A stretch of DNA of 54,664 bases, taken from the NCBI GenBank assembly GCA_910586635.1, contig CAJUJA010000001.1, positions 1 to 54,664 of the forward strand. Direction: 5' to 3'. The stretch is from an uncultured Bacilli bacterium (lineage in GTDB: Bacteria > Bacillota_I > Bacilli_A > RF39 > UBA660). This document shows, piece after piece, positions 28,518-38,755 of this stretch. The notes beneath the pieces are model-generated. The model did not search any database, was not told the origin of the DNA, and was given only the letters and a program-made list of their open reading frames with translations. The number at the start of each line of letters is the position of its first letter. The first letter of the stretch is position 1. A program made the position numbers and the translations under genes.

Positions 28518-29129
28518 TTGAATTATAAAAATGTCAATGACTATGAAACATTATACTTGATAGGTGAGAATGATGAAGATTCTATGAATCAGTTGTTTAA
28601 AAAATATAGACCAGTTATTATTTCGATTGCTAAGAAATATTATTCTAAGATGAATTATCATTGTGGAGAATTAGAGGATTTTATTCAAGAAGGATATATA
28701 GGTTTGGATCGGGCTATTAAATCTTTTGGCGAATATAGAAATGTACTTTTTTATACATTTTCTGTTATATGCATAGAAAGACAAATAAAGAGTTACTGTA
28801 GAAGTTTTCTATCCTTAAAGAATGAGCATATAAATAACGCATTATCCATGGATCTTGAATTAGAGGAAAATTTTAGATTATTGGACTCTTTCCGTGAAGA
28901 TTCTGTTAGTGCAAATCCGGATTTATATATAGAGGAAACAACTGTTTTAAATGATTTAATTCGCTTTAAAAATAGTTTGTCTTGGAAACAAGGGTTAATA
29001 TTTGAGCTTCGATATAATGGTTTTAAATATAAAGAAATTTCAAGATTATTAGATATTCCCATTAGTACAGTAGATAATTGTCTACACATTTGTAGAAAAA
29101 AGTTGTCTAATAAGTTTACATTTTCTTAG
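28518..29129 (+). CDS. sigH: sporulation/transition-state sigma factor SigH-like
   Basis: Region 2 (DFIQEGYIGLDRAIKSF) and region 4 HTH (YKEISRLLDIPISTVDNCLHICRKKL). Its position after rlmB and before secE matches sigH. TTG start. Confidence 0.7.
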   Translation: MNYKNVNDYETLYLIGENDEDSMNQLFKKYRPVIISIAKKYYSKMNYHCGELEDFIQEGYIGLDRAIKSFGEYRNVLFYTFSVICIERQIKSYCRSFLSLKNEHINNALSMDLELEENFRLLDSFREDSVSANPDLYIEETTVLNDLIRFKNSLSWKQGLIFELRYNGFKYKEISRLLDIPISTVDNCLHICRKKLSNKFTFS

Positions 29130-29186
29130 ATTTTCTATTTGTGTTTTTATTTTCTTTGTTATACAATAAAAATAGGTGAATAGGGT

Positions 29187-29870
29187 ATGGGCTTGAATTT
29201 AAAAGAATGGTTAGAAACCAATCATGAAATAGAAAGTAGACAAAAATTGTTTTATAATATGTCTCGTACTATGAATTATATTCATGATAGGGATTATTAT
29301 ATTAAAAGTTTTAATTTAAAAGAAATTGAGATTTTGAATCCAGAAAAACTAAGTCCTATTCGATATGATACCGTAGTAAGAATGCCTAAGGAATATAAAG
29401 AACAGATTATAAGAGAAGATATTTATAACTTGGCCTTTATTCAAATAAGTGCATTTGCTAATATTAAAATTGAGAACTTAAAACCTATTTATTTAAAGGA
29501 AAATTTTTCTGAATTTCAAAAATATCTTCCTCAGATGGATGTTCCTTATTTACAAGGAATTATCGAAAGAGGGGCAGGAATCTATTACTATGAGTATATC
29601 GATAAAAGAAATAAACAGGAATTAGAAAGGTTGCAAAGAGAAACAGATTCTGAGATTAATAATTCTTCAAGATCTATTTCTAACTCTTTAGGAATACAAA
29701 GGACCAAAACTACGGCAGTAGGAAAATCTATGGTTGATTCTGATACTAAAAAATTATATGGAGATTTAGTAGATACAAAACAAGCTGCTTTTGTTAGTTT
29801 TTTAATTTTTCCAGTATCCTTGATTTTATTAGGGATTATTTTAGTTATGGTTGTTTTCTTCTATATTTAA
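29187..29870 (+). CDS. tail-anchored protein with a kinase-C-lobe-like (pseudokinase?) N-domain
   Basis: MNYIHDRDYYIKSFNLKEIEIL and EDIYNLAFIQISAF resemble kinase subdomains VIb and IX. There is no Gly-rich loop or VAIK lysine. A single TM lies at the extreme C-terminus (FVSFLIFPVSLILLGIILVMVVFF). Confidence 0.45.
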   Translation: MGLNLKEWLETNHEIESRQKLFYNMSRTMNYIHDRDYYIKSFNLKEIEILNPEKLSPIRYDTVVRMPKEYKEQIIREDIYNLAFIQISAFANIKIENLKPIYLKENFSEFQKYLPQMDVPYLQGIIERGAGIYYYEYIDKRNKQELERLQRETDSEINNSSRSISNSLGIQRTKTTAVGKSMVDSDTKKLYGDLVDTKQAAFVSFLIFPVSLILLGIILVMVVFFYI

Positions 29871-30070
29871 ATTAAATGTGTTAATACTAATTTAAGTTCA
29901 TCGTATAAAATTTGACGTAAAATAATTATAAATGATAGAAAGTGACATTTCTATAAAGTATTAATAAGCAATTTTAATTGGTTGACATTTCTATTTGTTT
30001 GTGCTATTTTAGTTATAGACACGTAGAGGTGTTTTTATTTTGTACAAAATATTAGGAAATAGGTGATAAA

Positions 30071-30376
30071 ATGGCTGAAATTGTAAAGGCGAAGAAAAGA
30101 AAAAAAATAGTAAAAATAGAAGAAGAAAAAGCCCCAAAAAAAGAATCTAAAATTGAAAAAAAGTCAGAGATAAAAGGGGAAGAAAAGAAAAATTTATGGG
30201 AGAAGTTCATGACCTTTTGTCATGGTGTTGGAAGTGAATTTAAAAAGGTAAGATGGACTTCTAAGAAGGATATGATTAAATATTCTATAGCAACTATTGT
30301 ATTTATTGTTTTCTGCTCTTTATTTTTTTATGGAATTGATACAATATTTGCGTTAATACAATCGTTATTTAGTTAG
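30071..30376 (+). CDS. secE: preprotein translocase subunit SecE (Lys-rich N-terminal extension)
   Basis: The C-terminal FKKVRWTSKKDMIKYSIATIVFIVF... matches the SecE core TM. It lies immediately upstream of nusG. Confidence 0.8.
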   Translation: MAEIVKAKKRKKIVKIEEEKAPKKESKIEKKSEIKGEEKKNLWEKFMTFCHGVGSEFKKVRWTSKKDMIKYSIATIVFIVFCSLFFYGIDTIFALIQSLFS

Positions 30377-30397
30377 GATGTAAAGGAGAGATTTGGA

Positions 30398-30931
30398 ATG
30401 GAAAAACAATGGTATGTTGTAAATACTTATTCGGGACATGAGAATAAGGTAAAAGAAAAATTAGAGATGAGAGCAGAGTCTATGGATATGGAAGATTGTA
30501 TCTTTAGGGTGATTGTTCCAGAAGAAAAGGTAGTCGAGGTAAAAGATGGAGTTACCAAGGAAAAAACTAAGAAAATGTTCCCTGGTTATATTTTAGTTGA
30601 AATGGTTATGACAGATGATGCCTGGTATGTAGTTCGTAACACCCCAGGTGTAACAGGCTTTATTGGATCTAGTGGAAAGGGTGCTAAACCAACCCCATTA
30701 CAACCTTATGAAGTGGATAAGGTTCTTAATAATATGGGTATTAGTAGAATTGATGTTGATAATGAATTAGAGGTAGGATTAAGTGTTAAAATTATCTCTG
30801 GACCATTTAATGGAATGTTTGGTAAGATCGAGTCTATTGATTTGCCAAATCAGAAAGTAAACTTAACAGTAGATTTATTTGGTCAAGAAACTTCTGTGGA
30901 AGTAGAAATTAATCAGATAGAAAAAGCATAA
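30398..30931 (+). CDS. nusG: transcription termination/antitermination factor NusG
   Basis: WYVVNTYSGHENKV, FPGYILVEM and a KOW motif (ISGPFNGMFGKIESID). Confidence 0.95.
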   Translation: MEKQWYVVNTYSGHENKVKEKLEMRAESMDMEDCIFRVIVPEEKVVEVKDGVTKEKTKKMFPGYILVEMVMTDDAWYVVRNTPGVTGFIGSSGKGAKPTPLQPYEVDKVLNNMGISRIDVDNELEVGLSVKIISGPFNGMFGKIESIDLPNQKVNLTVDLFGQETSVEVEINQIEKA

Positions 30932-30934
30932 AAC

Positions 30935-30963
30935 TTGCAAAAGATACAGATATATGGTATTAT
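30935..30963 (+). promoter_or_regulatory. promoter candidate for rplK-rplA (TTGCAA-17 nt-TATTAT)
   Basis: Hexamers at 30935-30940 and 30958-30963 with a 17-nt spacer. A leader of about 100 nt follows. Confidence 0.45.
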
Positions 30964-31070
30964 TTAGAGGCTATATTTAATAAATATAGATTAGTGGGAG
31001 GCAAAACCTATTAAAGCGGTAATAGCTATTTGGACCACTCGCGAAAACAAAGATAAAGGAGGCGTTTTTC

Positions 31071-31514
31071 GTGGCAAAAGCAGCTGTCAAGAAAATAAAG
31101 TTACAAATCCCTGCGGGAAAAGCAACACCAGCTCCACCAGTAGGAACTGTTTTAGGACCAGCAGGAATTAATTTACAAGAGTTTTGTACTAAATATAACG
31201 ATGCTACTAGAGATAAGATGGGAGATATCTTACCAGTAGAGATTTCAATATATGAAGATAGAAGTTTTGATTTTATTATTAAAACTCCACCAACAAGTTT
31301 CTTGCTTAAGAAATATGCAAAGATCACTAAGGGTGCTGTTAAGGGATCTACTGAAGTAGTTGCTACTTTAACAAAAGATCAATTAAAAGAAATTGCAGAA
31401 ATCAAACTACCTGATCTTAATGCATATACTGTAGAAGAAGCAATGAAAATTGTTGCAGGTACGGCAAGAAATATGGGAATTGCAGTAGAAGGCTTAGAAG
31501 AGACTGTAGAATAG
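31071..31514 (+). CDS. rplK: 50S ribosomal protein L11
   Basis: [33 protein letters not shown] start after AAGGAGG. Confidence 0.95.
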   Translation: MAKAAVKKIKLQIPAGKATPAPPVGTVLGPAGINLQEFCTKYNDATRDKMGDILPVEISIYEDRSFDFIIKTPPTSFLLKKYAKITKGAVKGSTEVVATLTKDQLKEIAEIKLPDLNAYTVEEAMKIVAGTARNMGIAVEGLEETVE

Positions 31515-31595
31515 TTAAAATAGGGTTACCCTATGTGGAAGGAATGTCCGCTTACATGAATTCCGAGGATAATACCACATAAGGAGGATAAAGTA
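31515..31595 (+). promoter_or_regulatory. structured rplK-rplA intergenic region that can sequester the rplA RBS
   Basis: The arm tatgtgg pairs with ccacata directly abutting AAGGAGG. An inner ggaat...attcc stem is present. Any role as an L1-binding mimic is only a guess. Confidence 0.3.
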
Positions 31596-32291
31596 ATGAA
31601 AAAAAGAAGTAAGAAGTATACAGAAGCTGTTTCTAAAATAGAAAAAAATAAAGTATATTCAAAAGAAGAAGCAGTAAAACTAGTAAAAGAGACTTCCATT
31701 AGTAAGTTTGATTCATCAATTGAAGTTGCGATGAGATTAAATGTAGATCCTAAAAAGGCAGATCAACAATTACGTGGAGCGATTGCTCTACCAAAAGGAA
31801 CTGGTAAGGAAGTTCGAGTTTTAGTAATTGCTAAAGGAGATCAGGCAAAAAAAGCTCAAAAAGCTGGAGCAGATTATGTTGGAGATGTAGATATGATCGA
31901 AAAAATTGAAAAGGAAAATTGGTTTGAATTTGATACTATGATTGCAACTCCAGATATGATGCCGCTTTTAGGAAAAATTGGACGTGTTTTAGGACCAAGA
32001 GGGTTAATGCCAAATCCAAAGACTGGAACCGTTACTATGGATGTAGAGAAGGCAATTGAAGAAGTAAAATCAGGAAGAGTTGAATATAGAACGGATACTT
32101 TTGGTAATATTCATGGAGTAATCGGGAAAGCATCTTTTTCTGAGGAAGATTTATTAGTAAACTTAAATGCTTTTGTATCAGCAATTTTAAAGGTAAGACC
32201 AACTACAGTAAAAGGTGATTATATTAAAAATATTTCTATTTCTTCTACTATGGGACCTGGAATTAAAGTTGAAAATAATTTTGACAAGTAG
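31596..32291 (+). CDS. rplA: 50S ribosomal protein L1
   Basis: Typical L1 blocks: [37 protein letters not shown]. Confidence 0.95.
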   Translation: MKKRSKKYTEAVSKIEKNKVYSKEEAVKLVKETSISKFDSSIEVAMRLNVDPKKADQQLRGAIALPKGTGKEVRVLVIAKGDQAKKAQKAGADYVGDVDMIEKIEKENWFEFDTMIATPDMMPLLGKIGRVLGPRGLMPNPKTGTVTMDVEKAIEEVKSGRVEYRTDTFGNIHGVIGKASFSEEDLLVNLNAFVSAILKVRPTTVKGDYIKNISISSTMGPGIKVENNFDK

Positions 32292-32299
32292 AAGATTAT

Positions 32300-32446
32300 A
32301 AGATATAATAAAGACAATTTATTGGTGCCATAGACAGTAGGTATAAAAATAAATCCTACCGAGGACTAAAAGTGTAAGAGTTCTTGAAATGTCTATTTTT
32401 AAGGACTTTTTTTATGGCATCCCTAAATAGAAGAAGGAGGTGTACT
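32300..32446 (+). promoter_or_regulatory. rplJ (L10) leader, probable L10(L12)4 autoregulatory element
   Basis: A leader of about 150 nt with paired segments (acagtaggt...cctac(c), catagac...gtctat). The position equals the Firmicute L10 leader. The structure was not verified against a covariance model. Confidence 0.45.
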
Positions 32447-32938
32447 ATGGCAAATGCAAAAATCTTAGAGGCAAAGCAAAGGGTGATTGAGGAGATTAAA
32501 ACTCGTACTCAGAATGCAAAATCCGTAGTTTTATTTGACTACCGAGGAATTACAGACGCAGAGGCTAAAGAATTACGTGTAAAATTAAAAGAGGCAAATT
32601 CAGATTATAAGGTTTATAAGAATACTTTGATGTCACGTGCTTTTGATGAATTAAAGTTAGATCTTAAAGAAAATTTAGTTGGACCAAGTGCTTTTGCTTA
32701 TGGAGAAGACCAAATTGGAACGATCAAAATTTTAACTGATTTTGCAAAGGAACACCCATCAATAGTTTTGAAAGTAGGGATTGTAGATGGAGAAATAGCA
32801 GACCAAGCAAAACTTGCTGAATATGCTAAATTACCATCAAGAGAAGGACTACTTACTATGCTTGCTGGTGGTATGATAGGACTTGTAAGAGATTTATCAA
32901 TTTGCTTAGATTTATATAGTAAACAAAAAGAAGATTAA
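32447..32938 (+). CDS. rplJ: 50S ribosomal protein L10
   Basis: [11 protein letters not shown]... after GAAGGAGG. The track ORF from 32384 is a spurious 5' extension. Confidence 0.93.
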   Translation: MANAKILEAKQRVIEEIKTRTQNAKSVVLFDYRGITDAEAKELRVKLKEANSDYKVYKNTLMSRAFDELKLDLKENLVGPSAFAYGEDQIGTIKILTDFAKEHPSIVLKVGIVDGEIADQAKLAEYAKLPSREGLLTMLAGGMIGLVRDLSICLDLYSKQKED

Positions 32939-32966
32939 AAAGTCAATGAAAGGAAGGAAAATAAAT

Positions 32967-33338
32967 ATGGCTAAATTAACAAAAGAAGATTTTATCAGTA
33001 GTTTAAAAGAAATGAATTTATTAGAAATTAAGGAATTAGTAGATGCAATGAAAGAGGAGTTTGGAGTTGATCCATCTGCTGTTGCTGTTGCTGCTCCTGC
33101 TGGAGGAGCTGATACTGCAGATGCTGCACCTAGTACGGTTACAGTAAGTATTGCTGATGCTGGTGCTGGAAAGGTTGCAGTTATCAAGGTAGTACGTGAA
33201 ATTACTGGATTAGGATTAAAAGAATCTAAAGACATCGTTGATCAAAATGGTGTAGTTAAGGAAAACATTCCTACTGATGAAGCTGATGAAATTAAAGCTA
33301 AGCTTGAAGAAGCTGGAGCTACTGTAGAGGTTAAGTAA
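32967..33338 (+). CDS. rplL: 50S ribosomal protein L7/L12
   Basis: [34 protein letters not shown], an Ala-rich hinge, and C-terminal [21 protein letters not shown]. Confidence 0.95.
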   Translation: MAKLTKEDFISSLKEMNLLEIKELVDAMKEEFGVDPSAVAVAAPAGGADTADAAPSTVTVSIADAGAGKVAVIKVVREITGLGLKESKDIVDQNGVVKENIPTDEADEIKAKLEEAGATVEVK

Positions 33339-33366
33339 TTAACTTCTTTTTTTTTGAATTTTTGTA

Positions 33367-33375
33367 TGATATAAT
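33367..33375 (+). promoter_or_regulatory. extended -10 element (TGaTATAAT) 25 nt upstream of essC
   Basis: TG at 33367-33368 and TATAAT at 33370-33375. No good -35 element. Only a weak 5-bp hairpin plus T9 (33330-33355) separates it from rplL, so read-through from rplJL is plausible. Confidence 0.4.
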
Positions 33376-33399
33376 ACCTATTAGAATAGAGGTGGTTGA

Positions 33400-36300
33400 A
33401 TGTTAATTTATTTAATGCATGTAGATAAAATATATACATTTAAATTGCCGAAAAAAATTCAGGGAAATTATGTCTTGTCTGACTATGATTCTCAGGGAAA
33501 TAAGAGATCTTTAGTAAATGTAGATGCTAAGGACGGAAAATGGTATGTTTCTAGTAATATAGATGTAAAAATACAATATAATCAGAAAATGGTTACTTCT
33601 ATAGAACTCATTCTTTATAATTTTTATCAATTAACCTATGGAAATGAAAATATTATTATGTATGTTTGTCCTGGAAATGAAACCTCATATGTTGCTAAGG
33701 CTATTTCTAATAATCAAACGTTAGTAATTGGAAATGATTCTGGATGTGATATTACATATAATTACGCAGGTTTTTCTAAAAAACAGTTGGAGTTGACTTA
33801 TAAAGATGGAAAATATTCGTTTAAAAATTTAGACAATAGATATCCTGTTTATTTGAATAAAATAAGAAGAGAATCTGGTTATTTAGAGAATTTTGATACT
33901 TTATTTATAATGGGGCTCAAAATTGTTATTTGTGATAAATTTATATTAGTTAATAATCCTATGAAATTAGTTGTACTTATGTCCAATAAGTTTTGTGAAT
34001 TAAAAACGGAATTATCAATGGGAGATTATCATGTGGATAATGTGATTTATAAGGATTTTTATGATGAAAAAGATTATTTTAATAAATCCCCGGTATTTTT
34101 GAAAAAGATAAAGACTTTGGAGTTAGAAATAGCCCTTCCACCAGAAAAACAACGATCAGATGGAGAATCCATGTTAATTAAAATTGTACCATCTATTCTT
34201 ATGTTTTCAACCTCTGCTTTTACAGGAATACAAGCATTGATTAACGTTCAAAAGGATCCATCATCTTTACAAAGTAACTTATCTAGTATAATTATGTGTA
34301 TTGCATTATTTATTTCTAGTATTATTTGGCCTTTTGTAGAGCAGATGATAAATAAGTTTAGAATAGCAGGTGCTAATCTTAGAAGAGGCAGAAGGTTTTC
34401 AAAATATTTAAAGGGCAAGGAAAAAATATTGAAGCAGGCTATTGATGATCAAAAAATGATTTTATGTGATCGTTATACATCTTTAGGTGAAATACAGAAT
34501 ATTATTTTTTCTAAATTACCTAATTTATTTTCTAGAACAATAGAGAGCAGGGACTTTTTAGTAGTAAGACTAGGTATTGGAACGATTCCTTTAGATTGTG
34601 AAATTGATTTTCAAAAACCAGAGTACAGTGAAAATAATGATCATTTGATTGAAAATGCCGAAAAGATTATAGAAAATAATAAGTGGGTTCATGATGTTCC
34701 TTATACATTATCTCTATATAAAAATAATATTTTAGCATTTATAGGTCAAATTGAAATTATGCCAAATTATATGAAAGCCATTATGCTTCAGTTATTAACT
34801 TTTCATAGCTATAATGATTTAAAAATAGTTGTATTAACAGGGGAAAATGAAAATTCTTCTTTAAGTTTTCTAAGGGGATGTAACCATTGCTGGAATAATG
34901 AGAAAAGTAAAAGATTTTTTGCAAGTAACTTAAATGAAGGTGAGGAATTGTCATCCTTTTTAGAAAAAGAACTAATGAAAAGAATGGAAAAAGAGCAGAA
35001 GAAAGAGTTGCCTTATTATTTAATTGTTACTGATAATATTTCTATGTATAAGGATCTTAAAATTATAAAGGACTTAGATTCTAATAGTAGTAGGTATCAT
35101 ATGGGATTGATTATGTTTTGTCAAAAAGTTGCCGAAGTGCCTAGTACTTGTAATCACTTTGTTGATTACAAATTAAAGGAAGCAGCTTCCTTTAATTCAG
35201 AAATGGATCAAGATAGTTTGAATAAGTTTAATCCAGAGTTTATAGAGGATATAAATTTTAATGAGTGTATTAGAAGAATATCTAATATACCAATTAAATT
35301 ACAGGATGCTATATCTGGAAATTTGCCAGATAACCTAGGCTTTTTGGAATTATATGGAATAGGTAATGTCAAGCAATTTAACTCAATAGAGAAGTGGAAA
35401 AATTCAGATGTAATTAATAGTTTATCGGCACCTATAGGGGTTGATGTCAATGGAAATGTTTTAAACTTGGATTTGCATGAGAAAAGACATGGTCCCCATG
35501 GTTTAGTTGCGGGTATGACAGGTTCTGGTAAAAGTGAATTTATTGTTACGTATATTTTATCCTTGGCAGTTAACTATAGTCCTGATGAAGTTCAATTTGT
35601 ACTGATTGACTATAAAGGAGGAGGTTTAGCAGGTGCTTTCGAGAATAGAAAAACAGGAATGAAATTACCTCATTTGGTAGGAACTATTACCAACCTTGAT
35701 AAGTCAGAGATGAAGAGAACCTTGGTATCTATTAAGAGTGAATTACAAAGGAGACAAAGAGTATTTAATCTTGCTAAGGAAAGATTAAATACAGGAACTA
35801 TTGATATTTATAAATATCAAAGGTTAGTAAGGGAAAATCAACTTCAAGAGCCTATGTCTCATCTATTTATTATTTGTGATGAATTTGCAGAATTAAAGGC
35901 ACAACAACCTGATTTTATGGATGAACTTGTATCAGCTGCTCGTATTGGGCGTAGTTTAGGTATTCATTTAATTTTAGCTACGCAAAAACCTAGTGGTGTT
36001 GTGGATGATCAAATCTGGTCAAATTCTAAGTTTAAGGTTTGTTGTAAAGTGCAAACGGTAGAAGATAGTAAAGAAATGATCAGGCGTGATGATGCAGCCT
36101 ATTTAAAACAATCAGGAAGATTTTATTTACAAGTAGGATATGATGAATACTTTGTTTTAGGCCAGTCTGCTTATAGTGGAATTACCTATATACCATCTGA
36201 GAGAAGTAGAACTAAGATTGACGATTCTATAGACTTTTTAAATAATTCTGGTGAGGTTGTTAAAAATGTTACGAAACCTGAAGGAAAAGTAGAGATCCAT

Positions 36301-37941
36301 GAAGAATTAGGAGAAGAGTTGGGAAACGTTTTAAAGTATTTAATTGAGCAAGCAGCAGTATTAAATTTTCAAAATAAGCAATTATGGTTAGAAAATGTAG
36401 CTCCTATTATCTATTTAGAAGATATTAGAAAGAAATATGAGATTGGAATTAAACGATATAATATTAACCCTGTTATTGGAGAATATGATGATCCAAGAAA
36501 TCAAAAGCAGGGAAGTGTTACTCTACCTATTAATCAATTAGGGAATATTTTTATTATGGGAGTACCTGGTAGCGGAAAAAGTACATTATTATCAACTATT
36601 ATATATTCCGCTATAATTACGCATAATACAAGTGAGGTTAATTTTTATATTGTAGATTTATTGGCAGAAACTTTAAATCGTTTTATAAAAGCTCCTCAGG
36701 TAGGAGATTTTGTGACTACATCAACACCAGACAAAATCAAAAAATTATTTTACTTTTTAACAAGAGAAAATGAAAAAAGAAAAAGATATTACTCTGATAA
36801 AATTGGTGGTTTTGAGGGTGAATTAAAAAAAGAAAAGACAACTTTCCCAAGTACTATTGTTATAATAAATGGTATGGATGTTTTTAAAGAAGAATTTGAG
36901 TTTGAATATGAGGAGTTATTTGGACCACTTACTAGAGAGTGTAATCGTAATGGGATTTATTTTATAGTAACAGGAACTTCATTATCCTCATTAGGTTTTA
37001 TGGTTGAAAATAATTTTAGTGAAAAAATTGTAATGCGTTTGTTAGATAAAACAGATTATAATACTATCTTCCCTTCTAGTAATATAATTCCTGCTGAAAA
37101 TCCTGGTCGTGGATTAATAAAATTAGATGATGTTTATGAATTTCAAACAGCTCTTATTTTTAATGATGCTGTAATGGAAAATAATTTAAATTATGTATTT
37201 GAGCAATTAAATAAATTTATAAAAAATAGAGCAAAGAAAATACCGGTTATGCCTAAAATTGTATCTATAGACTCTATACGAGGAGAAATTACAGACTTAT
37301 CTGGTGTTCCAATTGGAATAGAGTTTAATAGTGCTTGCCCTTATTTATATGATTTTGATAATTTTATTAATTTAATACTATTTGAAAATAGTACAGTAGA
37401 TAAAACTTTTATTACGCAACTTTCTAATATTTTAATTCAAAGTATCGATTATAAACTAGTAATATTAGATGCTTATAATATTTTAGAAGATTTTAATCAT
37501 ACTAATATTAAGTTATATAACTCAAATTTTAAGAAATTAATTTCTAGTCTAATTATGAATATTGAAAAGTCAATTGCTAACAATTCTAATAATCAGTTAT
37601 TATTCTTAATTAATGGATATACAGAGTTAGAAAAACATTTAAATGAATTAAAGCAGGAAGATAATCATGTTCATAATATTACAGATTTAATTTTATCAGC
37701 AAAGGATAGCGGTAATTATAAATTTATTATTGCAGATCAAAATCGTTCATTACGCTCTTTGGATAATCCATGGGGAGCTTATGCTGATAATACTAATGGA
37801 ATTTTATTAGGGTTATCGGTAGATGATCAAAGCGTTCTTGTTGCAAAACCTAGATATGATTTAGAAGGACAAATTCTATCTGATACAGCAATGGTTGTAA
37901 AAGATGGAGAACAAGAGTTTATTAAATATGTACGAAGATAG
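33400..37941 (+). CDS. essC: T7SSb EssC/YukBA-type secretion ATPase (FHA-like N-domains, 2 TM, three FtsK/SpoIIIE-like domains)
   Basis: FHA-like LVIGNDSGCDITYNY...YPVYLNKIR. Two TM segments (about aa 258-320). D1 PHGLVAGMTGSGKSEFIVTYILSLAVNYSPDEVQFVLIDYKGGG (P-loop 35512-35535) with Walker B LFIICDEFAEL. D2 P-loop GVPGSGKST (36559-36585). The third domain has no P-loop. Confidence 0.85.
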   Translation: MLIYLMHVDKIYTFKLPKKIQGNYVLSDYDSQGNKRSLVNVDAKDGKWYVSSNIDVKIQYNQKMVTSIELILYNFYQLTYGNENIIMYVCPGNETSYVAKAISNNQTLVIGNDSGCDITYNYAGFSKKQLELTYKDGKYSFKNLDNRYPVYLNKIRRESGYLENFDTLFIMGLKIVICDKFILVNNPMKLVVLMSNKFCELKTELSMGDYHVDNVIYKDFYDEKDYFNKSPVFLKKIKTLELEIALPPEKQRSDGESMLIKIVPSILMFSTSAFTGIQALINVQKDPSSLQSNLSSIIMCIALFISSIIWPFVEQMINKFRIAGANLRRGRRFSKYLKGKEKILKQAIDDQKMILCDRYTSLGEIQNIIFSKLPNLFSRTIESRDFLVVRLGIGTIPLDCEIDFQKPEYSENNDHLIENAEKIIENNKWVHDVPYTLSLYKNNILAFIGQIEIMPNYMKAIMLQLLTFHSYNDLKIVVLTGENENSSLSFLRGCNHCWNNEKSKRFFASNLNEGEELSSFLEKELMKRMEKEQKKELPYYLIVTDNISMYKDLKIIKDLDSNSSRYHMGLIMFCQKVAEVPSTCNHFVDYKLKEAASFNSEMDQDSLNKFNPEFIEDINFNECIRRISNIPIKLQDAISGNLPDNLGFLELYGIGNVKQFNSIEKWKNSDVINSLSAPIGVDVNGNVLNLDLHEKRHGPHGLVAGMTGSGKSEFIVTYILSLAVNYSPDEVQFVLIDYKGGGLAGAFENRKTGMKLPHLVGTITNLDKSEMKRTLVSIKSELQRRQRVFNLAKERLNTGTIDIYKYQRLVRENQLQEPMSHLFIICDEFAELKAQQPDFMDELVSAARIGRSLGIHLILATQKPSGVVDDQIWSNSKFKVCCKVQTVEDSKEMIRRDDAAYLKQSGRFYLQVGYDEYFVLGQSAYSGITYIPSERSRTKIDDSIDFLNNSGEVVKNVTKPEGKVEIHEELGEELGNVLKYLIEQAAVLNFQNKQLWLENVAPIIYLEDIRKKYEIGIKRYNINPVIGEYDDPRNQKQGSVTLPINQLGNIFIMGVPGSGKSTLLSTIIYSAIITHNTSEVNFYIVDLLAETLNRFIKAPQVGDFVTTSTPDKIKKLFYFLTRENEKRKRYYSDKIGGFEGELKKEKTTFPSTIVIINGMDVFKEEFEFEYEELFGPLTRECNRNGIYFIVTGTSLSSLGFMVENNFSEKIVMRLLDKTDYNTIFPSSNIIPAENPGRGLIKLDDVYEFQTALIFNDAVMENNLNYVFEQLNKFIKNRAKKIPVMPKIVSIDSIRGEITDLSGVPIGIEFNSACPYLYDFDNFINLILFENSTVDKTFITQLSNILIQSIDYKLVILDAYNILEDFNHTNIKLYNSNFKKLISSLIMNIEKSIANNSNNQLLFLINGYTELEKHLNELKQEDNHVHNITDLILSAKDSGNYKFIIADQNRSLRSLDNPWGAYADNTNGILLGLSVDDQSVLVAKPRYDLEGQILSDTAMVVKDGEQEFIKYVRR

Positions 37942-37949
37942 GTGAGAAT

Positions 37950-38201
37950 ATGAATAAGATTTTAGTTAGTGTGAAGGTACCCACCATTGAGGAGGAATAT
38001 GACTTGCTTATTCCAATTGGAGAAAAGATGAGTGAGGTATTATTATTAATTCAAAAGTCAATTCATGAATTATCTGGTGGATATTATATGATTAATGAGG
38101 AAGCTAATTTGTATGATAGTATTGGTGGTAAAGTGATTAATAAAAATAATATAGTAAGATTTTCTGGATTAAAGAATGGAAGCAAGGTAATACTTTTATG
38201 A
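37950..38201 (+). CDS. esaB: YukD/EsaB-like ubiquitin-fold (beta-grasp) T7SS accessory protein
   Basis: An 83-aa protein starting 9 nt after essC. The pattern ILVSVKV...YDLLIPIGEKMSEVLLLI...GLKNGSKVILL resembles EsaB/YukD (ending ...GD.L.LL, no Gly-Gly). Confidence 0.6.
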   Translation: MNKILVSVKVPTIEEEYDLLIPIGEKMSEVLLLIQKSIHELSGGYYMINEEANLYDSIGGKVINKNNIVRFSGLKNGSKVILL

Positions 38202-38316
38202 GTGTAAAATTTTACAATCAGTTATCGATTTTTTTTATAAATTATTTAACATTATTGATATGAAAAAAGAGATATGTTAATATTGAATTATAATAATTGA
38301 AAGGAAGGTGAAAGAT

Positions 38317-38709
38317 ATGGCAAAATCAAGGATTAACCTATCAAACATGGTGTCTTCAGACGAGGAAATTTTTATAGCAAACAATATTATGGATAAAGCA
38401 GCTGAAGTTAGAGATATACTAACACAAATTGTTACAACTTATAACTACATTGAAAGGGAGTATAAGAAAGTATGGAATGATCCTAAAACAAGGGGGTCTT
38501 TTAAAACAATAACAGAAAAAATGGCTGCTGTTTGTAAAAAACGTGCATCTTACGCACATAATCAGCAAGTTACTATGTATCGTAGTATAGAGAAGTCTGT
38601 TCAGAAAAATAAGGCTGCTTCTAATTCGTTAAGGGCGGATGTAGAAGGAGCTGCTGAAGCCATGATGAATGAAATAAATGCAGATGCCAGAGACCAACTA
38701 ATACGTTAG
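38317..38709 (+). CDS. small all-helical WXG-like protein (candidate T7SS substrate or partner)
   Basis: A 130-aa protein. The ATG at 38317 is 8 nt after AAGGAAGG. Central ...KKVWNDPKTRGSFKTI... (W53...G60-x-F) lies between two predicted helices. No signal peptide. Confidence 0.5.
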   Translation: MAKSRINLSNMVSSDEEIFIANNIMDKAAEVRDILTQIVTTYNYIEREYKKVWNDPKTRGSFKTITEKMAAVCKKRASYAHNQQVTMYRSIEKSVQKNKAASNSLRADVEGAAEAMMNEINADARDQLIR

Positions 38710-38755
38710 TAGTTTATAGAGAGTTTAAAAAATATGATAAAAGGAGAATATAAAA

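Noticed and set aside
29871-30070. A hidden rpmG (L33) gene between sigH and secE, as in B. subtilis.
   Set aside because: The only RBS-linked frame (TTG about 30039) stops after 8 codons, and no Cys-x-x-Cys L33-like peptide is encoded on either strand.
32384-32446. N-terminal extensions proposed by the ORF track for rplJ (32384), rplL (32946), rpoB (40657), mrnC (27386), spoVG (10416), ybxB (40011), sipW (6458), and the 84, 21810 and 38308 ORFs.
   Set aside because: In each case an in-frame start is better placed, 6-11 nt after a GGAGG-like RBS. It also gives an N-terminus matching the conserved family N-terminus. The extensions cover leaders or promoters.
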